Positions 18,379 through 27,546 of a DNA stretch of 56,678 nt are shown piece after piece. This DNA comes from Pseudomonadota bacterium (GTDB lineage Bacteria > Pseudomonadota > Alphaproteobacteria > SHVP01). The notes under the pieces are model-generated. The model worked only from the letters and a program-made list of their open reading frames with translations. It did no database searches and was not told the origin of the DNA. Location: NCBI GenBank assembly GCA_022566715.1, contig JADFIH010000003.1, positions 1 through 56,678 of the forward strand, in the 5' to 3' direction. Position 1 is the stretch's first letter; each line of letters begins with the position of its first letter. Position numbers and translations under genes: made by a program.

Positions 18379-21054
18379 CTAGGCCAGGGTGAGGAGCGCG
18401 AGGGCGGTGGAGCCAGAGGTGAAGTTGAGCGTTTGCACTTGGTCGAAGGCGGCCTTATACGCCGCCAAACGTTGCAAGGTCAGTAACGATGCTTGGCCGG
18501 GATCGACGAAGTCCTTTTCCGGCCCCTCGATAAGAAACTTGTAGATCTTCTTGATCTCGCGCTGGGCGTTTTCGATGAGGACGAGGGCCTCGGAGGCCTT
18601 GCTTTCCGTCATGACGTTCATGCCGTTTGCGAATCCGAGTTCGTAGGGATTCGCCGAGGCGGAGGCCTCGTCGTCGTCGTCGCCCGGTTTGCCGAAAAGG
18701 ATGGTCTCGCTCAGGCCCAGGCCCGCGAGGGCATTGTAGCCGTCGCGTCCCGCGGTTATTTCGATCTTGTTTCCGTGCAAGGCCTCGATTGTCAGGAAGC
18801 GCCCCCGGATATCGTCGTCCACGAATTCCGCGGTCCCCATGACGCCGAGGGCCGCCCGCAACTTGAAGGACAGGATGCCGAAGCTATCGTCACGGTCGAT
18901 GGTGATCTTGGTGGCCGCCCCGCCGTTGACGGAAATGTAGAAGTACTGACCGTCGCGCACCGTCGTCGAGCTGGTGATCGAATCGGCATATTCCTGCGGG
19001 ACCTGCCCGCTGGATAAACCGAGCCGGCTCAGCACGCTGGTGCCGTTGGTATCGAAGGCGATGCCAAGGCCCGCCTGGTCGAAGGCGCCGCCGAACTGAT
19101 GGTTCCAAACCAGCGCGCCCGTGCTGTCAAATTTGGCGGCGAACCCATCGACCTTGCTCGAGCTGGTTTCGCCGGAGAGCGTGCCCGCGGTGCTGCCCGT
19201 GATATAGGCGTCATCGGTCGCCGTATCGATGGCGATCGCGTAGGCCTTATCGGCGGACGTGGTTCCGAAATAGGTGCCGAAGGTGAGGGTGCCCGCGGCG
19301 TTGTCCAGCTTGGCCATGAAAGCATCGACGTCGCCCGAGTGCGCGGCGACCGGGCTTCCGAACAGGCTCGCGTCGGAGGTGTAACCGGTGAAATAGACGT
19401 TGTTGGACGAATCGAGCGCGATGCCCGTGATGGCGCCGTCCGTGCCAAGCGAGCCGGTGTACTCCCAATCGGCGGTGCTGGCCGCGCTGTCGGCGTACTT
19501 GCGCACGAACAAGCTGCCGTCGTTCTCGCCGGCCACGTAGATGTTGCCCGCGGTATCGACGGTGATCGCGGTCACCTTCTCGTCGCCCGCTTCCGCGAAC
19601 TGCTTGTTGTAAACGAGGGTGCCGCTGGAATCGAGTTTGGTCACGTAGGCGTCGCTGCCGCCGCCATAAGTCTGATCCGAAGCGATCGCGCCATAAGCGA
19701 GGCCCGCGACAAAGATGTTATTACTGGAATCGATGGTGAGGGTGAGGCCCGCATCATTGGCGGAGGTCGCCGCCTGGCGCGTCCACAGCTCCTGACCCTT
19801 TTTATCGTATTGAGTCACGAAGGTGTCGTAGCCGCCGCCATAGCCGTCCGTGGTCAAAATTCCGCTGACCTGCCCGGCGATGATCACGTTGTCGTCGCTA
19901 TCTATCGCGATGGCGAAACCGCTGGCGTCGCCTTTCGCGCCGAGGCGCTGCGTGAACAGGAGATTCCCGACGGAGTCGTATTTGTTCAGGTAAACGTCGC
20001 TCGTCCCCTCCGTCGACAGATCACCAAGGTCGCCCGCGGTGCTGCCGACGACGTAGATGTTGCCCTCACTGTCCACGGCCGTTGCGGCCGCCTTGTCGAC
20101 CGCCTCAAGCGAATCGATGCCCTTGTAGAAGCCTTCGGTTGGGTCCGCCGTGGCGATATCGTCGAGCTTGGTGACGAAGGCGCCGCCGCTGTCGCCGGTG
20201 CCCCGGGTGCCGGTGATGTAGATGGCCTTCGCTTCGGTTGCCGCATCGGCGCTGAAGTTGACGGTTTCCCCATAACCGATTTCAATGCGGATGCCGTACT
20301 GGGTCTCGCTGGTGCGCTCGACGTTGAACGTCGTCGAGATGCCCGCCGAGAGCAATTGCGTGTTGACGTAATCGGTGATGTTGTCGAGGCTGAGTGTGCC
20401 CGAGACATCGGCGAGATCGATGTTGACGACGTTGTCGACGCCGCTCAGGGTGACCGTGATGGTGAATTTATCGCCGGATGCAACTCCCGCAATGGCGGTG
20501 GTGCGGGAGCTGCTCACGATGGTGCCGACATAACGCGGCGCGTTCTCGATTTGCGGGATTTTGACGGTCGATTCGATCTTGTCCTTGATGAGACCGGAGA
20601 CCAGATTGAATTTTTGAAAGGCTGAATCGCTCACGTAGTTTGAGACCGTCGAGATTTGACTCTGGAAGATCGCGTCTAGGATTCCCGACATGCCCCGGCC
20701 CTTGGTCGTTTGCGCGTACTCCGTGAGCTCCTTCATGCGGTCGAGCGCCTTGTACATGGCGAACAACTTCTTGATATCCTCCGACAAATTGTCGCGTTTG
20801 AAGAGGCGGTCCTTGGGATCGATCAAGAACTTCGAGGACAGCACCCGGTTGGCGAGTTCGTCGGCGGGCTTGAATGTCTCTCTTTTCCAAGGTGGCCGGG
20901 GGCCCGCTTTCCGGGCCGCGATAATGTCCTTCAGCACACCTTGCTTCAGGAATTCGGCGTGCAGCTTCGAGCCCAGCGAGGCTCCCGTCGAATAGTACGC
21001 GGACAGACCGGTGTAGTCGGCCTGGATTAAGGGAAAGGCGATATGGCTTACCAT
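18379..21054 (-). CDS. FlaEY-like flagellar protein with SBBP-type beta-propeller repeats
   Basis: Repeats of the form A-I-A-x-D-S-x-G/N-N-I/V-Y-V/I-x-G-x-T...D-A/V-F/Y-V-T-K-L/Y-D-xx-G; N-terminal PPW...DIKKLFAMYKAL segment recalls Caulobacter FlaEY; sigma54 promoter and location beside the flagellin locus. Confidence 0.7.
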   Translation of the reverse strand: MVSHIAFPLIQADYTGLSAYYSTGASLGSKLHAEFLKQGVLKDIIAARKAGPRPPWKRETFKPADELANRVLSSKFLIDPKDRLFKRDNLSEDIKKLFAMYKALDRMKELTEYAQTTKGRGMSGILDAIFQSQISTVSNYVSDSAFQKFNLVSGLIKDKIESTVKIPQIENAPRYVGTIVSSSRTTAIAGVASGDKFTITVTLSGVDNVVNIDLADVSGTLSLDNITDYVNTQLLSAGISTTFNVERTSETQYGIRIEIGYGETVNFSADAATEAKAIYITGTRGTGDSGGAFVTKLDDIATADPTEGFYKGIDSLEAVDKAAATAVDSEGNIYVVGSTAGDLGDLSTEGTSDVYLNKYDSVGNLLFTQRLGAKGDASGFAIAIDSDDNVIIAGQVSGILTTDGYGGGYDTFVTQYDKKGQELWTRQAATSANDAGLTLTIDSSNNIFVAGLAYGAIASDQTYGGGSDAYVTKLDSSGTLVYNKQFAEAGDEKVTAITVDTAGNIYVAGENDGSLFVRKYADSAASTADWEYTGSLGTDGAITGIALDSSNNVYFTGYTSDASLFGSPVAAHSGDVDAFMAKLDNAAGTLTFGTYFGTTSADKAYAIAIDTATDDAYITGSTAGTLSGETSSSKVDGFAAKFDSTGALVWNHQFGGAFDQAGLGIAFDTNGTSVLSRLGLSSGQVPQEYADSITSSTTVRDGQYFYISVNGGAATKITIDRDDSFGILSFKLRAALGVMGTAEFVDDDIRGRFLTIEALHGNKIEITAGRDGYNALAGLGLSETILFGKPGDDDDEASASANPYELGFANGMNVMTESKASEALVLIENAQREIKKIYKFLIEGPEKDFVDPGQASLLTLQRLAAYKAAFDQVQTLNFTSGSTALALLTLA

Positions 21055-21114
21055 TTTCATCCACCACACGTACCAAAGACAAAGCGGCTCACGACCACGC
21101 GGTTCGGCGAACCC

Positions 21115-21156
21115 GGCAATTCTTGCCTGGCACACATTGCCTAGGAAAAAATTGCC
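21115..21156. promoter_or_regulatory. Three tandem ftr-like (FlbD enhancer) palindromes downstream of the FlaEY-like promoter
   Basis: GGCAA-TTC-TTGCC (21115), GGCAC-ACA-TTGCC (21129), GGAAA-AAA-TTGCC (21144). Confidence 0.65.
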
Positions 21157-21262
21157 TCGCCGGGTCACGGGTTACCGGCCCTTCCGCCGCCCCGCCTTTT
21201 GGGCGAAAACCGCGGAAAGCGGGCCTTTAACGGTTCCGTGGCCCTGGCCACAGGGAGGAAAT

Positions 21263-21278
21263 TGCAACAAGCAGGCCA
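21263..21278 (-). promoter_or_regulatory. Sigma54 (-24/-12) promoter for the FlaEY-like gene
   Basis: Minus strand TGGCCTGCTTGTTGCA = GG-N10-GC. Confidence 0.7.
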
Positions 21279-21513
21279 CCGCGCGGGCGCCTAGGATCGC
21301 CGAGTTCGGGTTTTTGCGTATACTTAACCTGTTTTCAACTGACGAATGATAAACTTCGAACGTCCTTCGAATGCCTGCGAATTAGGTCGAACCTAAGGCT
21401 TTTCCTTGCGCCGTTTTCGAAGCGTTGCCACTCAATCAGATGATGAGCGATCCCGAAAAGACGCTCGAAACCAAGGAAATCCCGGCTCACGCCTGGACAC
21501 AATATTTTCCTAG

Positions 21514-21551
21514 GTAACTTGTTGTTAACCGTTCGTTACGAGTTCGGTAAC
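21514..21551. promoter_or_regulatory. Phased CtrA half-site array upstream of the sugar operon
   Basis: GTAA-N7-TTAA-N7-TTAC-N7-GTAAC; half-sites at 21514, 21525, 21536, 21547 (11-bp period). Confidence 0.65.
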
Positions 21552-21747
21552 CGTCCTCACCGAGACTTCGATGCGCAGATTGCGGTGCGCCTTGTCCACG
21601 TAGGCCGTTATTGCGGCGCGCGCCGCACCCTTCTGGTCAGCCGCTCAACTGCCGGTTCAGCATCGTTTTGTTAGTCCATATTCCAGCGCCCGCGGCCCCG
21701 ACCAAGAGCCATTTCGCCGGGCGCATTCCTCCTCTAAGAGGCGCCCT

Positions 21748-23322
21748 GTGAGCGCCGCCCAGCCGCTGCGGCGGCGCACCACCGACCGGGCGACGCGCGC
21801 GCGCGACAAGGTCAAGCCGCTTCGCGAAGTCGCCGCGATCGCGAAACAGGCCCAAGAACAGGGGCGCACCGTCGTGCTGGCGCACGGCGTCTTCGATCTC
21901 GTCCACCTGGGTCACGTCCGCCACCTCGAGGCGGCCGAGAAGGAAGCCGATGTCCTGATCGTGTCGGTGACGCCCGACCGCTTCGTCAACAAGGGCCCGG
22001 GCCGCCCCGTCTTCGGCGAGCCATTGCGCGCCGAAATGCTGGCGGCGCTGGAATGCGTCGATTGGGTGACGATAAGCAATTGGCCGTCGGCCGAGGAACT
22101 CATCACCCTGATCAAACCGGACGTCTACATCAAGGGCTCGGACTATTCCAACGAGGGCGACGACATCACCGGCAAGATCGGCGCCGAACGCGCTGCCGTC
22201 GAACGTCATGGCGGCCGGGTCATCACCACCGAGGACATCACGTTTTCGTCCTCCGCCCTGATCAACCGCAACTTCAACGTCCTCGACCCGGAGGTCATGG
22301 AATACCTGGGCGGCCTGAACCAAGAACAGTTCCTGCGGACGGCATTGGAGGCCATCGACGGCATCGCCGATATGCGCGTCCTGCTGGTCGGCGAGACCAT
22401 CATCGACGAGTACCAGTACGCCAAACCGATGGGGAAGTCGGCCAAGGAAAACATCATCGCCAGCCGCTTTCAGGGCCGCGAGGTCTTCGCCGGCGGGGTG
22501 ATCGCGGCGGCCAATCACGTGGCCGATTTCTGCCGCGACGTCGGCGTAATCACCATCTTGGGCGAGCGCGATTCCTATCAGGATCTCATCCTCGACACGG
22601 TGCGTCCCAACGTCAAGGTGCATCCCCTGTTCAGGCGCGGCGTCCCGACCATCCGCAAATGCCGGTTCGTCGATCCCGGTCACATGCGCAAGATGTTCGA
22701 AGTCTACTTCTTCGAGGATGAGCCGATCAGCGGCAATCTGGAAAAACAATTGGCCGACATGATCGGCGACAAGGCGCGCGATTTCGACGTTGTCATCGTG
22801 ACCGACTTCGGCCACGGCATGATGACGGACAGGGCCATCCGCATGGTCACCGAGTCCGCCAAGTTCCTCGCCGTCAACGCCCAAAGCAACAGCGCGAATC
22901 TCGGTTACAACCTGATCACGCGGTATCCGCGGGCTGACTACGTCTGCATCGACGCGCCCGAGGCCCAGCTCGCCGTGGGCGACCGCTTCAGCGACATCGC
23001 CGACCTGATCGCCACCGATCTGCGCGCGGCCATCGACTGCCGCAACTTCGCCGTGACGCACGGCGAGCGGGGCTGCGTCGTCTATTCGCCATCGACCGGC
23101 GTTCGGCGCGTGCCTGCGTTTACCCGCCAAGTGGTGGACACGGTCGGCGCGGGGGATGCGTTCCTGGCGGTCACCTCGCCGATCGTCGCGGCGGGCACGA
23201 ACATGGAGGTCGCCGGATTCATCGGCAACGCCGTCGGCGCGCTGAAGGTCGGCATCGTCGGCCACCGCCAATCGGTCGAGAAGATTCCAGTCAAAAAGTA
23301 CATCACGACGCTTCTCAAGTAA
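21748..23322 (+). CDS. Bifunctional sugar nucleotidyltransferase (N-term) / PfkB kinase (C-term), HldE-like with inverted domain order
   Basis: HGVFDLVHLGHVRHL (HxGH), KPDVYIKGSDY; C-terminal DTVGAGDAF PfkB signature. Confidence 0.88.
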   Translation: MSAAQPLRRRTTDRATRARDKVKPLREVAAIAKQAQEQGRTVVLAHGVFDLVHLGHVRHLEAAEKEADVLIVSVTPDRFVNKGPGRPVFGEPLRAEMLAALECVDWVTISNWPSAEELITLIKPDVYIKGSDYSNEGDDITGKIGAERAAVERHGGRVITTEDITFSSSALINRNFNVLDPEVMEYLGGLNQEQFLRTALEAIDGIADMRVLLVGETIIDEYQYAKPMGKSAKENIIASRFQGREVFAGGVIAAANHVADFCRDVGVITILGERDSYQDLILDTVRPNVKVHPLFRRGVPTIRKCRFVDPGHMRKMFEVYFFEDEPISGNLEKQLADMIGDKARDFDVVIVTDFGHGMMTDRAIRMVTESAKFLAVNAQSNSANLGYNLITRYPRADYVCIDAPEAQLAVGDRFSDIADLIATDLRAAIDCRNFAVTHGERGCVVYSPSTGVRRVPAFTRQVVDTVGAGDAFLAVTSPIVAAGTNMEVAGFIGNAVGALKVGIVGHRQSVEKIPVKKYITTLLK

Positions 23323-23343
23323 CCGCTATAAGGCATTGGTGAT

Positions 23344-23958
23344 ATGAGAAAAATTATCGACGAATACTTCGAGACCCTGGGCGCGCTTCCGGCCCGGCTG
23401 GAATCGACCGACCGGGTCGGGCGTTCCCTGCCCATCGAGCGGGTTTTCGAGCAAGTGATTGCACTGGCGCGCCAGGCCCACGACGGCGGCTACAAACTGA
23501 TGTTCATCGGCAACGGCGGCAGCTCGACGATCGCCAGTCACATGGCCGAGGATTTCTCCAAGGCGGCGAACATCCGCGCCATCGCCTTCAACGATCCGGC
23601 ATTTCTGACCTGCTTGGGCAACGACCTCGGTTTCGATCAGATTTTTTCCAAGCAGATCGAGCTCTTCGCCAAGGCGGGCGACGTGCTGGTGGCGATCTCG
23701 AGCTCCGGCAACTCGCAAAACATTCTCAACGGCGTGCTGGCGGCGCGCGAGAAGGGCTGCACGGTCGTCACCCTGAGCGGCTTCGGCCCGGACAACAGCC
23801 TGCGCGGCCAGGGCGACTACAACATCTATGTGCCGAACAGCGAGTACGGCTTCGTCGAGATCACGCACTCCGCCATTTGCCATGCGATCCTCGATATCGC
23901 CATGGGGTGGCGGGGCGGCGAGCAGGAGGCGCCGGGTCCCCGCGCGGTCTCCGCATGA
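23344..23958 (+). CDS. SIS-domain phosphosugar isomerase, GmhA-like
   Basis: GNGGS, GNDLGFDQIFSKQ, AISSSGNSQN motifs. Confidence 0.88.
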   Translation: MRKIIDEYFETLGALPARLESTDRVGRSLPIERVFEQVIALARQAHDGGYKLMFIGNGGSSTIASHMAEDFSKAANIRAIAFNDPAFLTCLGNDLGFDQIFSKQIELFAKAGDVLVAISSSGNSQNILNGVLAAREKGCTVVTLSGFGPDNSLRGQGDYNIYVPNSEYGFVEITHSAICHAILDIAMGWRGGEQEAPGPRAVSA

Positions 23959-24962
23959 GCGCCGAAACGCGAAAGTGGCACGTCCTCGTCACCGGCGGCG
24001 CGGGCTATGTGGGCAGCGCGCTGGTGCCCAAGCTGATCGAGGCCGGGCATCAGGTGACCGTGCTCGACCTCTATCTGTTCGGGGACCATATTTTCGAGAG
24101 CCTAGGCGCCAATGGATGCTTGCGCGAGGTCAAGGGCGACCTGCGCGATCCGGCGATGGTCGAAAGCGCGCTGACGGGCTGCGACGCCGTGATCCATCTC
24201 GCCTGCATCTCGAATGATCCGAGTTTCGAGCTCAACCCGGCCCTCGGGAAATCGATCAACTACGACTCCTTCCGGCCCCTGGTGCGGGCGGCCAAGCGGG
24301 CAGGGGTCCGGCGCTTCATCTACGCCTCGTCGTCGAGCGTCTACGGCATCAAGGACGACCCCGAGGTTACCGAGGATCTCCCGTTGGACCCCCTCACGGA
24401 CTATTCCAAGTACAAGGCGATGTGCGAGAAGGTGCTGGCCGAGGAGCGCGAGCCCGGCTTCGTGACCCTGACCATCCGGCCCGCCACCGTGTGCGGCTAC
24501 GCCAAGCGCCTGCGCCTCGACCTGACCGTCAACATCCTCACCAACCACGCCGTCAACAACGGCCGCATCACCGTCTTCGGGGGCAGCCAGAAGCGGCCCA
24601 ACCTCAACATCGAGGACATGACCGACCTGTACGTCCAGTGCCTCCAGTACCCGAACGAGCTGATCGACGGCAAAACCTACAACGCCGGCTATGAAAACCA
24701 CGCGGTCGCGGACATCGCCGAGATGGTGCGCGGCGCCGTCGGCAACGGCGTCGAGGTGGTGACCGAGTCCACCGACGATCTGCGCTCCTATCACGTCTCG
24801 TCGGCGCTCATCAAAAAGGAACTCGGCTTCGTGCCGGTGCATACCATCGGCGACGCCGTCACCAGCCTGGTCGAGGCCTTCCGCGCCGGCAAGGTGCCCA
24901 ACCCCATGACGGACAAGGCCTACTACAACATCAAGACCATGCAGGCCCTCGATCTCAAGTAG
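23955..24962 (+). CDS. NAD-dependent nucleotide-sugar epimerase/dehydratase (extended SDR)
   Basis: TGGAGYVG, ASSSSVYG, YSKYK (YxxxK); ATGA overlap with the upstream gene. Confidence 0.92.
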   Translation: MSAETRKWHVLVTGGAGYVGSALVPKLIEAGHQVTVLDLYLFGDHIFESLGANGCLREVKGDLRDPAMVESALTGCDAVIHLACISNDPSFELNPALGKSINYDSFRPLVRAAKRAGVRRFIYASSSSVYGIKDDPEVTEDLPLDPLTDYSKYKAMCEKVLAEEREPGFVTLTIRPATVCGYAKRLRLDLTVNILTNHAVNNGRITVFGGSQKRPNLNIEDMTDLYVQCLQYPNELIDGKTYNAGYENHAVADIAEMVRGAVGNGVEVVTESTDDLRSYHVSSALIKKELGFVPVHTIGDAVTSLVEAFRAGKVPNPMTDKAYYNIKTMQALDLK

Positions 24963-24972
24963 GACGGGCCCG

Positions 24973-24998
24973 TTAACACTCTGTCAACCAACAGTTAA
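24973..24998. promoter_or_regulatory. Internal phased CtrA half-site array
   Basis: TTAA-N7-TCAA-N7-TTAA (24973, 24984, 24995) in the only sizeable (72-nt) gap of the operon. Confidence 0.6.
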
Positions 24999-25034
24999 TA
25001 GCTTCGGTGCGGAATGGGGCAGAGACCGTAGCGA

Positions 25035-25667
25035 ATGCGCATCGGCGTTGATTTCGACAATACGATCGCCAAGTACGATCGCCTTTTCGCGGCCCTTGCG
25101 GTCGAGGGCGGGCTGCTGCCTTGCGCGCCGGAAGGCGGGAAGACGGCCGTGCGCGACGCGGTGCGGGCCCTGCCCAACGGCGACGAGGAATGGCAACATC
25201 TTCAGGCCAAGGCGTATGGCGCGCGCATGGCCGAAGCCGATCTTTCCGCCGGCTTCAGCCGCTTCGTGGCCCGCTGCCGGGCCAGGGGACTGCCCCTGTT
25301 CATCGTCAGTCACAAATCGGCCCGCTCGCAGATCGAACCCACCGGGCCGGGCCTGCGCGCGGCGGCACTGGCCTGGATGGAAAGCAAAGCCTTCTTCGAC
25401 CCAAGCTATTTCGGCTTCGACCGCGAGGCGGTCTATTTCGAAGACACCCGGGCCCAGAAAATCTCCCGAATCCGCGACCTCCACTGCACCCATTTCATCG
25501 ACGATCTGGTGGAGGTGTTCGAGGAGCCGGACTTCCCGGACGATGTGCTTGGCCTTCTTTTAACCTCTCGGGACGATGGCGCCGATCCGGCCAACGTCGT
25601 CCGTTGCAAGTGCTGGAATGATGTCACGCTCCAACTTCTCGAACCTTTGGCCGGGCATGCTGCCTAA
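25035..25667 (+). CDS. HAD-superfamily phosphatase
   Basis: IGVDFDNTI (DxD motif I), VSHK, HFIDDL. Confidence 0.82.
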   Translation: MRIGVDFDNTIAKYDRLFAALAVEGGLLPCAPEGGKTAVRDAVRALPNGDEEWQHLQAKAYGARMAEADLSAGFSRFVARCRARGLPLFIVSHKSARSQIEPTGPGLRAAALAWMESKAFFDPSYFGFDREAVYFEDTRAQKISRIRDLHCTHFIDDLVEVFEEPDFPDDVLGLLLTSRDDGADPANVVRCKCWNDVTLQLLEPLAGHAA

Positions 25668-26697
25668 ACGCCAGACCGACACCGATGCCGTCGCCGCAAT
25701 CGCGGCGCGGCTTTCGGGTGCGCCGGTGTCCTCCGTCACTCAGGTGCTGGGCGGTGGCAACAACCGGATATTCCGGATCGAGGGCGCGGCGGGTTTGACC
25801 TTTGCCCTGAAGGTCTATTATGCCGAGGACGGCGGCGGCGCCAAACGCCTGCGGGCCGAGTACAACGGACTCGAGTTCCTCTGGCGCAACGGCGTACGCC
25901 GGATCCCGCAGCCGATTGCCCACGACGCCCACAACGACTGCGCGCTTTACTCGTGGATCAACGGCACGGCGATCGGCGAGCCCAGGTCGGCCGACATCGA
26001 CGCCGTGCTCGACTTCATGGCCGTCCTGAAACAGGCCTCGCTCGATCCGGCGGCGCCCAGCCTCGCGCCGGCGCGCGAAGCCTGCCTGTCGGCAAGCGAG
26101 CTGGTCGGCCAAATCCGCCAGCGCCGCGAGCGCCTCGACCGGCCGGCCCAGACCGATTCGGGCCTTTCCAAATTCCTCTTCACTGAATTCGATGAGGCTC
26201 TCGTCGTACTCGTCGAGGCGGCGCGCCGGAGTTACGCGAGCCGCGCCGCCGACATCTCCTCGGATTTAGCGCGGGTCAGTCAAACCCTGTCGCCGTCGGA
26301 TTTCGGTTTTCACAACGCGTTGCGTCAGGAAGACGGATCGCTGGTCTTCCTCGATTTCGAGTACTTCGGCTGGGACGACCCGGTAAAACTGACATCCGAT
26401 TTTCTCCTCCACCCCGCGATGCGCCTGACCGAAGAGTTGCGCCAGCGCTTCTCCGACGGGGCAGACCGGCTGTACGGGGGCGACCTAGGGTTTACGCAGC
26501 GCCTGGACGCGCTGTTCGCGCTCTATGGGCTGCGCTGGGCGACGATCGCTCTCAACGAGTTTATCTCGGAGGAGTGGGCGCGCCGGTCCTATGCGCGCGG
26601 CGAAGTGGACCGCGAACGGGTGCTCAACCTGCAGCTTGAAAAGGCGCGCGCTCTGGTCGGCAGGGCCTTGAAGGGGCAGGTCGGCAATGCCGCTTGA
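25657..26697 (+). CDS. Aminoglycoside-phosphotransferase-like kinase
   Basis: GGGNNRIF, ALKVY, SPSDFGFHN, FLDFEYFGWDD motifs. Confidence 0.82.
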   Translation: MLPKRQTDTDAVAAIAARLSGAPVSSVTQVLGGGNNRIFRIEGAAGLTFALKVYYAEDGGGAKRLRAEYNGLEFLWRNGVRRIPQPIAHDAHNDCALYSWINGTAIGEPRSADIDAVLDFMAVLKQASLDPAAPSLAPAREACLSASELVGQIRQRRERLDRPAQTDSGLSKFLFTEFDEALVVLVEAARRSYASRAADISSDLARVSQTLSPSDFGFHNALRQEDGSLVFLDFEYFGWDDPVKLTSDFLLHPAMRLTEELRQRFSDGADRLYGGDLGFTQRLDALFALYGLRWATIALNEFISEEWARRSYARGEVDRERVLNLQLEKARALVGRALKGQVGNAA

Positions 26698-27544
26698 GGC
26701 GCGACAAGCGCACGGCTCCCACACCACCGCGAAAACGCCGAACCTCGACGAACGTTCCCTGGCCCTGCGGCGCCTGGTCATCAAGGCCCTGGAGGGCGGC
26801 GGCCGCGGCCATTTGGGATCGGCCCTGTCCCTGATCGAGATTCTGCGGGCGCTTTACGACGACACCCTGCGCTTCGACTCCGCCAGGCCGGATTGGCCCG
26901 AGCGCGACCGGTTTATCCTCAGCAAGGGGCACGGCTGCCTCGCGCTCTACGCCATTCTTGCCGACAAGGGCTTTTTCCCGATGGCGGAGCTGGTCAAGTT
27001 CTGCCACTTCGACGGCATCCTCGGCGGCCACCCCGACGCGGGAAAGGTTCCAGGCGTCGAGGCCTCGACCGGCGCGCTGGGCCACGGCCTGCCCATCGGG
27101 CTCGGTCTCGCCCTGGCCGCGCGCCTGCAGAAACGGGACTCGCGCGTGTTCGTGGTCATGGGCGACGGCGAGATCAACGAGGGCTCCGTCTGGGAAGCCG
27201 CCATGTGCGCGGGCAAGCACAACTTGTCCAACCTCACCGCCATCGTCGATTACAACAAGCTTCAGTCCTACGGCCGGACCGCCGAGGTTCAGGACCTCGA
27301 GCCCCTGGCCGACAAATGGCGCAGCTTCGGATTCGCTGTTCACGAGGTGGACGGTCACGATATGGCGGACCTAAATCGGACTTTTTCCGCCTTGCCGCGC
27401 GACCCGAACCGTCCCTCCGCCGTGATCTGCCACACCGTCAAGGGCAAGGGCATTTCCTACGCCGAAGGCAGCCCCGCCTGGCACCACAAATCGAAGATCA
27501 GCGATGAGGAAGTCGTCGCCCTCTACAAAGAACTGGAAGCCTAG
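26687..27544 (+). CDS. Transketolase N-terminal (TPP-binding) subunit
   Basis: GHLGSALS, RDRFILSKGHG, GDGEINEG...DYN TPP motif, HTVKGKG. Confidence 0.93.
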   Translation: MPLEARQAHGSHTTAKTPNLDERSLALRRLVIKALEGGGRGHLGSALSLIEILRALYDDTLRFDSARPDWPERDRFILSKGHGCLALYAILADKGFFPMAELVKFCHFDGILGGHPDAGKVPGVEASTGALGHGLPIGLGLALAARLQKRDSRVFVVMGDGEINEGSVWEAAMCAGKHNLSNLTAIVDYNKLQSYGRTAEVQDLEPLADKWRSFGFAVHEVDGHDMADLNRTFSALPRDPNRPSAVICHTVKGKGISYAEGSPAWHHKSKISDEEVVALYKELEA

Positions 27545-27546
27545 CC

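Noticed and set aside
16864-23271. Long opposite-strand ORFs (16864..18282, 19099..20625, 21637..23271)
   Set aside because: Shadow ORFs of well-supported genes, expected in high-GC DNA; no motifs.
21748-23958. Call as housekeeping LPS inner-core hldE/gmhA
   Set aside because: Inverted domain order, divergent GmhA motif, no heptosyltransferases, and flagellar context; gene symbols withheld.
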